Shown: piece after piece, positions 38,760 through 45,777 of the stretch
Position numbering within the stretch: position 1 is the first letter of the stretch
Layout of the letters: each line of letters begins with the position of its first letter
UHGV virus genome: UHGV-0075239
Strand: one strand, 5' to 3'
Length of the DNA stretch: 64,000 nt
Source of the DNA: a virus
Program-made: the position numbers and the translations under genes
Notes under the pieces: model-generated
What the model saw: the letters and a program-made list of their open reading frames with translations, nothing else
The model's database searches: none
What the model was told of the DNA's origin: nothing

Positions 38760-39360
38760 TGTTGACGAATGCAAAGTAAGTATAAGCGCGGCGTTTGCAC
38801 GCCAGCGGTTTTTATGCTCGACGGAATACTCGGCAGGGGTGTGTCATGGCGCGTGCTGTTCAGGACCGTCTGTCGTTCTGCTCACAGAGCGCGAAGCGGC
38901 GGACTTAAAAGCGGCTGACCCATCTCTGCCTGTGTATGGTCGGGTGTTGGCAATTCGCGGCAAACGCTGTCCACTGGCGTTACCAAACGGTCATTGCAAG
39001 TTCTACGGAACAAAACTGAAATCATTCGTATGCACCATTATGCCGTTCTGCCTTAATAACAATGGAAAGTTGATACTTGACAACGGGTTCATGAAGAGGG
39101 GTTGTAGGGTGCGCAACGGTGTGGACGGCGGAGAGCCAGCGTACCGTTGTTTCGGCATGGCTCTGGTCGCTATCTTTGGGGAAGAGAAAGCGAAGTTTAT
39201 CACCGAGCATTTTGACAATGGCGGCGGTGATATTACGGTTCCTGTGTCCAAAGAAGTGATGGAGACGCTGGTCTGGCATCGCGGTGTCATCAACGATATA
39301 AAGAAATTTGGGTATAAGGATACTGTAACGAAGTTAGCGGGAGGTATCGAATGCTTATAA
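38746..39360 (+). CDS. Cys-cluster (YkgJ-like) protein
   Basis: C.GACC, CPL....CK.Y...K...C..MPF. Confidence 0.6.
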   Translation: MGLFNVDECKVSISAAFARQRFLCSTEYSAGVCHGACCSGPSVVLLTEREAADLKAADPSLPVYGRVLAIRGKRCPLALPNGHCKFYGTKLKSFVCTIMPFCLNNNGKLILDNGFMKRGCRVRNGVDGGEPAYRCFGMALVAIFGEEKAKFITEHFDNGGGDITVPVSKEVMETLVWHRGVINDIKKFGYKDTVTKLAGGIECL

Positions 39361-41543
39361 AGAATCCAGTTCAGCCGACGAAGAAGGCTGAGAAGTCGGG
39401 GACAGCCGAACCAAAAAAGACGGGGCAGCTGTTCTCGGTGACCACAGATTTGGGGGTCACAGCCGCGCCAAAAGCCGCCAAGACGCCGAGGGCAAAAGCA
39501 ATTCCAGATGACTCTATTGAGGTGGCGCAGCGCATCAAGCAGCTGTTCGCCAAATATGAGAAGCGTTACCAGCTGGTAACGACCGAGGAAGAGCTCATTG
39601 AGTATATGGCGGCGCGACCCGAACTCGGTTTCGACACCGAGACGAACGGAAAGGACAGCGTATGGTTCGACAATCTGGTAGGGTTTTCCATCGGCAATGA
39701 CAAGGACTGTATTTATGTTCCGCTGTTCCACGAGAAAGGGCAGAACTATACGGGTGACCTTGACAGGCTCAAGGAAATACTGACGGGCGGCGGTCGGAAG
39801 TACTGGGGAATGAACACGAAGTTTGACCGTTCGCAGATGAAAATCTGGGCGGGCAAGAAATATGAGTTTTTGCGCGACCCAGCTGAGGTGGAGGCGCGTG
39901 GTCACAAGTATGCGACGTCGGCGGCTGGGTTCGACATCCCGATGTGCTGGGACGCTGAAATCGGGGCGCGGCTGTTGGACAACAGAGACCTTGCCGCGCT
40001 GAAACCGCAGTACATAAAATACATCGACCCCGACGAGGAATTCTACGACTACAAGTCTTTATTCAAGCAGAAGTTCTCGAAATACGACCCCGCTGTCGTG
40101 GGTATCTACGGTGGCGTGGACGCAATCAAGCACTACATTCTCGGAAAGTATCAGGAGAAGAAAATGCGTGAGCACTTTCCTCGCATTTACAAACTGATGA
40201 AGAATGTGGAACTGCCGCTTATCGAAGTGGTCATGGATATGGAGATGAAAGGCATCGCCATCGACCGCGAATACTATGCACAGTTCACTGCGGCTCTGCG
40301 GAGCGAGGTTGATGCGAAGTTGGCTGAGATTCAGCGCGACTTCCCAGGCTTTAATCCGAACTCGCCGAAGCAGGTGGGCGAGGTTCTGTTCGACCGCTTG
40401 CGCTTGCCAGACGTGTCGAAGAAGCGGCAGACGGGCGAGGAATTCCTCGCGAAGATGCACCACCCTATTCCGAAACTCATTCTTGAGATTCGCAAACTGA
40501 CCAAATCTATTTCGACGTATACGGAAGCGATACCAGGTTTCGCCATTGACGACGAAAACGGAATACCCATCGTGCATACGACGTATCACACCATCGGGGC
40601 TGATACAGGTCGTTTCAGCTCGTCTGGACCGAATCTGCAAAACCAGCCGAAGGACAACAGGTTCCGACGCGGGTTCGTGGCTCGTCCAGGTCACAAGTTG
40701 GTGTCGTGCGACTTCTCGCAGCAGGAACAGGCGATTTTGGCTGGCGGCTCGCAAGACCCAAGGATGTTGGAAGGCGCAAACTCTGGTCGCGACTACTACG
40801 CGCTGATGGCATCCATCATCTGGGACTTGCCGTACGAGGAATGTACCAAGAAAGGAAAGCACAAGCATTTGAGAAACAGGTGCAAGTCCATCGTTCTCGG
40901 CGTGACCTACGGCATGGGTTCAAAGTCGCTGGCTGAATCCCTTAATAACGATTCGTCCGACCACGTTTACACGGTCGAGGAATGCGACAGAATCCTCGAA
41001 AAGTTCTACGCAGGATTCCCCTACGTCAAGAAGTTCCAGGAAGACTGTGCGGAGTTCGGCACGAAGTATGGGTATATGGAGACGGTTCTCGGTCGGCGTA
41101 GGTATTTTAAGTATCTCGGCGGACCTGCGTTCGATTGCCCCGACCACCCCGAGGTGGCTGACACGCTGAACAAGTTGAAATATTACAACCAGATTCGCGC
41201 GTGTCTGGACGAGGCAAGGGCGGAGGGAATCGAGGTTTACGACAACCGTTGGAATCAGACGGACGAATTGCGCCAGACATGTAACCAGTACTGTCAGGGT
41301 TCGGCGGCGGACCAGACGAAGGTGTGTATGATTGCTTTGTTCCGCGACCCCATATTCCGTGAGAAATATCACGGTCAGATTCTGTTACAGGTTCACGACG
41401 AGCTTATTGCGGAGTTCCCCGAAGAGCTTGCGGTGGAAGGCGGGCAGTATATGGCGGACGTGATGTCGGAGGTCGGGTCTGAGGTCGGTCGTGCAAAAAT
41501 CTGGTGCGAGCCCGAAGTTATGGAGTTCTGGCAGAAGTCGTGA
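39351..41543 (+). CDS. polA: DNA polymerase, family A, with 3'-5' exonuclease
   Basis: FDTET, NTKFD, TGRFSS..PNLQN, DFSQQE, R..CK...LGVTYG, QGSAAD, QVHDE. Confidence 0.95.
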   Translation: MLIKNPVQPTKKAEKSGTAEPKKTGQLFSVTTDLGVTAAPKAAKTPRAKAIPDDSIEVAQRIKQLFAKYEKRYQLVTTEEELIEYMAARPELGFDTETNGKDSVWFDNLVGFSIGNDKDCIYVPLFHEKGQNYTGDLDRLKEILTGGGRKYWGMNTKFDRSQMKIWAGKKYEFLRDPAEVEARGHKYATSAAGFDIPMCWDAEIGARLLDNRDLAALKPQYIKYIDPDEEFYDYKSLFKQKFSKYDPAVVGIYGGVDAIKHYILGKYQEKKMREHFPRIYKLMKNVELPLIEVVMDMEMKGIAIDREYYAQFTAALRSEVDAKLAEIQRDFPGFNPNSPKQVGEVLFDRLRLPDVSKKRQTGEEFLAKMHHPIPKLILEIRKLTKSISTYTEAIPGFAIDDENGIPIVHTTYHTIGADTGRFSSSGPNLQNQPKDNRFRRGFVARPGHKLVSCDFSQQEQAILAGGSQDPRMLEGANSGRDYYALMASIIWDLPYEECTKKGKHKHLRNRCKSIVLGVTYGMGSKSLAESLNNDSSDHVYTVEECDRILEKFYAGFPYVKKFQEDCAEFGTKYGYMETVLGRRRYFKYLGGPAFDCPDHPEVADTLNKLKYYNQIRACLDEARAEGIEVYDNRWNQTDELRQTCNQYCQGSAADQTKVCMIALFRDPIFREKYHGQILLQVHDELIAEFPEELAVEGGQYMADVMSEVGSEVGRAKIWCEPEVMEFWQKS

Positions 41544-41559
41544 CGTTGTTATTGTACTT

Positions 41560-42414
41560 ATGGTTGGAATTTATAGAATCTGGAATGTAATTAACGGTCG
41601 GGTTTACATTGGGAAGTCAAAAGATATTTTACATCGTTGGGATGGTCACGTCAGCAACTTAATGCTGGGGACGCATCCCAACGTTCATTTAAGGGAAGAA
41701 TGGAAGGAGTTTGGCTCTGGCTGTTTTGTTTTTGAGTTGTTGGAGGAGTGTTCTGTTCAAGAGTTGCGGCAAAAAGAGTTCGAGTGGCATCACGTGTTTA
41801 GGTCTTACTTGCCAGAGTTTGGATATAATACTTTGACTGCATTTGATGGATTTAATAATCATCATTCGGATGTGGCAAAGATGAAGATAAGCAATGGTTT
41901 GCGTGGTCGTGTTGTGTCGGATGAAGTTCGTGCACGTATGTCTGAATCAGCAAGACGGTCGAGGACTCCAGAAGTACGCGAGCGATTGAGGATGGCAGCG
42001 ATAGAGCAGCACAAGAGGATGTCGGATGAGGAGCGTGTGGCTATCAATAAAAAGATAAGCGATGCTAATTCTGGTCGCGTTGTTTCAGCCGAAGCACGGG
42101 CTAAAATATCTGATGGTGTTCGAAGGTGGTGGGCTACTCGTCCAGGACGCTCTGGTGTGGTACAGGCTCGTCAGAGTGGCTTGAGTGCCGAAGAGGGCAG
42201 GAGATTGGGGATTGAAAAGATGCGAGCGACTTATGCGAGAATGACACCCGAAGAAAAGCGTGAGAAGTTCGGACGTGGTTCGGTCTGGGTGCGCGAAGAT
42301 TCTTGTATAATATGTGGGAAGACCTTTACTGCTCACAAGGGACGTAATGGGCGTTGGCAAGAACGATGTGAAGATTGTAAGGGTAAGTGGAGAGTGAGGC
42401 ACGATGAAGATTGA
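41560..42414 (+). CDS. GIY-YIG homing endonuclease
   Basis: GIY.I....NG.VYIGKS....RW, GYN, NUMOD3 repeats, C-terminal CxxC..CxxC. Confidence 0.9.
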   Translation: MVGIYRIWNVINGRVYIGKSKDILHRWDGHVSNLMLGTHPNVHLREEWKEFGSGCFVFELLEECSVQELRQKEFEWHHVFRSYLPEFGYNTLTAFDGFNNHHSDVAKMKISNGLRGRVVSDEVRARMSESARRSRTPEVRERLRMAAIEQHKRMSDEERVAINKKISDANSGRVVSAEARAKISDGVRRWWATRPGRSGVVQARQSGLSAEEGRRLGIEKMRATYARMTPEEKREKFGRGSVWVREDSCIICGKTFTAHKGRNGRWQERCEDCKGKWRVRHDED

Positions 42415-42751
42415 AAAGGAAAACAGACCGACACGTTTTTATTCAAAGTTACAAGAGAAGGCTGTTGCCAAGTCGTTGGGCGGTACAAATGATATTCAAA
42501 GCGGAGGCGGAAACTTTAATAAATATGATGTTTTAGTAGATGAGTGGGTGATTGAGTGCAAGACAAAGGTTACCCCTCACGAGTCCATGACCATACATAA
42601 AGAGTGGTTTGATAAGGTGGAAGAGGAAAGAGCGCAGATGCTCAAATCGTATGCGGCTGTCTGTTTCTCTTTCGGGGATGGGCAAAACTACTACGCAATG
42701 GATGAAAAGACTTTCAAATTTTTGTTGGCAGTTTCTCGAGGTGAGGTCTAA
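42404..42751 (+). CDS. Holliday junction resolvase-like PD-(D/E)XK nuclease
   Basis: QE..VA..LGG....SG.....DV.....IECKT. Confidence 0.75.
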   Translation: MKIEKENRPTRFYSKLQEKAVAKSLGGTNDIQSGGGNFNKYDVLVDEWVIECKTKVTPHESMTIHKEWFDKVEEERAQMLKSYAAVCFSFGDGQNYYAMDEKTFKFLLAVSRGEV

Positions 42752-42806
42752 ATTCTGTATAATGATAATGACGAGCGATTGAGCTCGTGTTATCGTTCGC
42801 TGGACG

Positions 42807-42880
42807 GGAGCGGACGTATGGGGACGGGGATGTCGCAGTTATCCGTTCCGAGGGCGTGGTAATCCCGCACACGCCTACCA
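42807..42880 (+). ncRNA. two-hairpin structured RNA ending ACCA
   Basis: GGAGCGGA/TCCGTTCC stem; GGGCGTG/CACGCCT stem plus ACCA; loop complementarity GGGAT/ATCCC. Confidence 0.5.
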
Positions 42881-42881
42881 A

Positions 42882-42976
42882 ACGATGTCGGCGAAAGCAA
42901 GGCAAATAACCCTTAGCCAGCTACGACCTCTTATAGTGGAGAGGCTACGTAAGCCGATAAACGCTGGCGGCATCGT
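42882..42976 (+). ncRNA. multibranch structured RNA
   Basis: ACGATGTCG/CGGCATCGT closing stem, inner CCAGC/GCTGG, CCTC/GAGG, GGCT/AGCC. Confidence 0.5.
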
Positions 42977-42982
42977 ATTTAT

Positions 42983-43061
42983 GGGGTGATAGTTTAACGG
43001 TGAAAATAGTCGCCAGCATAGCTGAGACTGTTGTGTGGTTCAATTCCCACTCACTCCACCA
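42983..43061 (+). tRNA. tRNA-like RNA with Ala identity and no normal anticodon loop
   Basis: GGGGTGA/TCACTCC-ACCA (G3.U70, A73), D arm, TTCAATT T loop; anticodon arm AGTC..CAGC-ATA-GCTG..GACT. Confidence 0.7.
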
Positions 43062-43064
43062 TAT

Positions 43065-43114
43065 TCGGGAGGGCGCAAGCCCAGTGGAGACTGCGGTTCG
43101 AATCCGCATCCCGA
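43065..43114 (+). ncRNA. miniature tRNA-like element
   Basis: TCGGGA/TCCCGA stem, GGGC-GCAA-GCCC hairpin, TGCGG-TTCGAAT-CCGCA T arm. Confidence 0.6.
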
Positions 43115-43191
43115 TGACCGAGCGTGTTTAAGGCGCGAGGTTCTGCAGAAGTGTTGGCGCGGACGGCTTAATTACCCGACTTCGCCAATAT

Positions 43192-43274
43192 GGGGCATTG
43201 AATGGTTTCGACGCGTTGCAAAACCGCATGACGGAACAGCGCGGACACGAGTTCGACTCTCGTATGCTCCACCA
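43192..43274 (+). ncRNA. tmRNA tRNA-like domain only (mini-tmRNA)
   Basis: 5' GGGGCAT..GGTTTCGAC, P2 GCGTTG/CAGCGC closed by an 18-nt insert, GGAC, ACGAG-TTCGACT-CTCGT, ATGCTCC-ACCA with G3.U70. Confidence 0.8.
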
Positions 43275-43354
43275 ATGAAATGGCGGAAACTAACAGGCTA
43301 TTAAAGTTATGAGGCATCTTGATAGCTTAAACCTCTGGAAGCCATTTCGTACCA
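43275..43354 (+). ncRNA. structured RNA with possible pseudoknot, ending ACCA
   Basis: ATGAAATGGC/GCCATTTCGT plus ACCA; GGCTATTAA/TTGATAGCT inner stem; loop GAGG can pair with downstream CCTC. Confidence 0.55.
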
Positions 43355-43355
43355 A

Positions 43356-43445
43356 ACGAGCCATATACGTCTATGGAGAATTACGCGGAGCGGGGTTTTG
43401 CCGCGATGCGCTGGGTGTTCGGTAGTGGCGGAGAACACCCCTCGT
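43356..43445 (+). ncRNA. four-way-junction structured RNA
   Basis: ACGAG/CTCGT closing CCATA/TATGG, CGCGG/CCGCG and GGGTGTTC/GAACACCC hairpins. Confidence 0.55.
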
Positions 43446-43482
43446 TTATTTTTGATAGTATGGCGAGAGCCTTATTATACCA

Positions 43483-43614
43483 GTGACGGTACAACGTGCG
43501 GGATGCTACGTCCTAGGGGGCTTACCGCGCGGGGTGGAGCGGCTTGTTAACCCGCGCTCCGCTACCAATTAAGTTTGGGGTAGACTGATAACCTACATCC
43601 ACCTGTACCGTCAT
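43483..43614 (+). ncRNA. long structured RNA with an internal ACCA-ended helix
   Basis: GTGACGGTACA/TGTACCGTCAT, GGATG/CATCC; inner GGTGGAGCG/CGCTCCGCT-ACCA. Confidence 0.55.
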
Positions 43615-43619
43615 CTTTT

Positions 43620-43696
43620 CGGGGTGTGGCTCAGCTTGGTAGAGCGCGTGGTTTGGGACCACGATGTCGCAGGTTCGAATCCTGTCACCCCGACCA
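43620..43696 (+). tRNA. tRNA-Pro (TGG)
   Basis: Canonical cloverleaf, CGTGG-TT-TGG-GA-CCACG, GGTTCGAATCC, encoded CCA. Confidence 0.95.
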
Positions 43697-43725
43697 CTGT
43701 TATCTTAAATATCGGAGGAACTGAT

Positions 43726-44124
43726 ATGAAAACACGAAGAACCATTGAAGGGACATCTGAGGGGGGGCTTACTGAAGAAGCCTATACATTGAGCAATCCA
43801 CCCCGCGCGAGACTGCTCCGTGCGTTGTTGGGCGAATCCATAATCGATGGAGACTTTAAAGAACTTTCGATAGGAGAGCATTTAGATAAGGTTAGGGTGC
43901 TTTTTATAATCAGAGGTTTAACAGATGGTAGGGCAGATGTGGTGCGCGAGTTTACGCTCGACAATACAACAGAAGGTCAAAGACTTGGATTAAACTACCT
44001 CAATGTTGAGTTTTGGATGGGTATACCGCTTAATATATGGTGGGACGGGAGTATACTTCAGGTTGAGTTTGTATCTGGTTTCGGCGTTACGAACGGAGAT
44101 ATTATACTGTATGAAGCATTTTAG
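43726..44124 (+). CDS. hypothetical protein, MKTRR-leader paralog 1
   Basis: GGAGG RBS; N-terminus shared with the next gene. Confidence 0.6.
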   Translation: MKTRRTIEGTSEGGLTEEAYTLSNPPRARLLRALLGESIIDGDFKELSIGEHLDKVRVLFIIRGLTDGRADVVREFTLDNTTEGQRLGLNYLNVEFWMGIPLNIWWDGSILQVEFVSGFGVTNGDIILYEAF

Positions 44125-44133
44125 GAGGTCTTT

Positions 44134-44592
44134 ATGAAGACAAGAAGGGAACTCGAATTCACAACTAGGGGGCTTACTGAGGAACCATACTCGGTAGACA
44201 ACCCGCCGCCAGGAGGCGGGGGTGGGTTGACCCTTTATGTGCACAATGTGTCGATAAATATCGATTACACTGGCAGTGGAAGTTATAGAACAACGTCGTT
44301 TTCTGTGCTGAGTAAGGTGTCGACCGCAGCAACTGATTTTAGCACACTTGGCACTGTGCTGTCGAGCCTTTATTCAGATTATGCGCCTATTTTGGGGATC
44401 GCGTATGGAAGAACAGAAAATGATTCTGATGTTGCGGTGTTCTTTGAAGTAAAGGTTTACAATAATCGATTGTTTTTGCAAGGCATTACAGGAGCAACAA
44501 AATTAGCAAATGTGATGCTTAATGCATCTGGAAGTGGAGTTTATCCTCAGCCGTTGAGAATAACTGATGTTGTTTCGGTGTTTGGGGGTTAA
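44134..44592 (+). CDS. hypothetical protein, MKTRR-leader paralog 2 (beta-rich, fibre-like)
   Basis: AGGAGG RBS; PPPGGGGG linker. Confidence 0.65.
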   Translation: MKTRRELEFTTRGLTEEPYSVDNPPPGGGGGLTLYVHNVSINIDYTGSGSYRTTSFSVLSKVSTAATDFSTLGTVLSSLYSDYAPILGIAYGRTENDSDVAVFFEVKVYNNRLFLQGITGATKLANVMLNASGSGVYPQPLRITDVVSVFGG

Positions 44593-44607
44593 TATTAAGG
44601 AGGACTT

Positions 44608-44820
44608 ATGGTTTTCGGAGACGCTTTTGAGCAGGTAAAGAAGGGAAAGGGAATGCGGTTGCCGCAGTGGTCACCTGATGTGGTGATTCGTGCACAGTAT
44701 CCCGACGAACACAGCAAGATGACCGCGCCGTATCTCTATGTGGAGAGTCGTTTCGGTCGCGTTCCATGGAAAGAGACCATGATTGAGCTGTTCAGCGACA
44801 GATGGGAAGTAGTCGAGTGA
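44608..44820 (+). CDS. DUF2829 / Tad2-like anti-Thoeris sponge protein
   Basis: M.FGDA....K.GK..R...W ... PW.....LFSD.W.VV. Confidence 0.75.
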   Translation: MVFGDAFEQVKKGKGMRLPQWSPDVVIRAQYPDEHSKMTAPYLYVESRFGRVPWKETMIELFSDRWEVVE

Positions 44821-45269
44821 TTGGCGAACGCCCAATAAAATCAAACGATTTGGGGGCGTTGCTCGAGAATTCGATGCGGGACGCCCTTTCCCATAGAGCT
44901 TGCAAGTTCTGGCGTTTGCATACAATACGGTCGTGGAAGGGGGTTTCTAACCCTTGCGACTTCATCGTCCTCGACCAGCACTTCACAGCTCTACTCGAAT
45001 GTAAAGCAACGACTGATGAGAGGTTTTCGTGCGCGGCGTTCCGTCAGTTAGAGCACTTCGAGGAATCGGCACAATTCGCCCACGTCGGGCATTACGGAGT
45101 GGTGGTGTACTTTCACTCGTCCACTCCAAAGTTCGTGTATGCAAGCGACAGCAAGGTCATCGAGAACAAGGCGGCTCGTAGACCAATACGCATTACCACG
45201 GAGAGCTCGTATGACCTTATTGCGGACGACCTCGATGCTCTGCTGGTGATGCTGGAGGGGTTGAAATGA
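44817..45269 (+). CDS. RecU-like Holliday junction resolvase
   Basis: G..LE, PCDF, LLECKAT, Q..H, G.VV.F. Confidence 0.7.
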   Translation: MIGERPIKSNDLGALLENSMRDALSHRACKFWRLHTIRSWKGVSNPCDFIVLDQHFTALLECKATTDERFSCAAFRQLEHFEESAQFAHVGHYGVVVYFHSSTPKFVYASDSKVIENKAARRPIRITTESSYDLIADDLDALLVMLEGLK

Positions 45270-45730
45270 AGAAGGCACTATTTTACATTTTGCAGTTCAC
45301 GTGGTGTCTGCCGCAGACGCTGGTGGGTCTGGTGGTGTTCCTCGTCTGCAAAATACGAAAAGCGGACACACTGCGTTATAAGCGCACTGTGGTGAGCGTG
45401 TTCCCGAACAAGCAAGGGAGCGTGAGCTTGGGTATGTTCATAATGGTTCACGACACGCCGCTGACTGATGAAACGGACAAGATGAAGTTCGACGTTTATG
45501 ACCCGCTTTTGAAATGTCGCATCGGTCAGGCTGATGACCTGTTGCGGCACGAGTACGGGCACACGATTCAGTCGATGATTCTCGGACCTCTATTCCTATT
45601 GGTAATCGGGTTGCCGTCAATCATCTGGGCGGGGCTGTTCGCTGGCTATCGTCAGAAACACAAAGTGAGCTATTATGCATTTTACACCGAGCGGTGGGCG
45701 GACCGAATATCCAAAATCGAACGAAAATAG
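45266..45730 (+). CDS. membrane protein with HExxH motif
   Basis: Two hydrophobic segments, HEYGHTIQS, ERWAD. Confidence 0.7.
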   Translation: MKKALFYILQFTWCLPQTLVGLVVFLVCKIRKADTLRYKRTVVSVFPNKQGSVSLGMFIMVHDTPLTDETDKMKFDVYDPLLKCRIGQADDLLRHEYGHTIQSMILGPLFLLVIGLPSIIWAGLFAGYRQKHKVSYYAFYTERWADRISKIERK

Positions 45731-45777
45731 AACAAGCCAAAGCAGACCAAATCAGGTCTGCTTTTGTATAATAAGGT

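Noticed and set aside
39351..42414. Group I intron or intein in polA, recA or the helicase
   Set aside because: All motifs are contiguous, lengths are normal, and the endonucleases lie outside the genes
43035..43304. 89-aa ORF, and the 5' extension of ORF 43624-44124
   Set aside because: Both overlap tRNA/tmRNA-like structures; the real start of the second is the ATG at 43726 with a GGAGG RBS
43280..43312. Short frame AETNRLLKL* next to the mini-tmRNA (and ANNP* near 42902) as a trans-supplied tag ORF
   Set aside because: No Ala-Ala-type degron end and only a superficial resemblance to tag starts; not supportable
42770..43696. CRISPR array, RNase P RNA or full-length tmRNA
   Set aside because: No direct repeats, no RNase P P4 signature, and the tmRNA ends are only 83 nt apart
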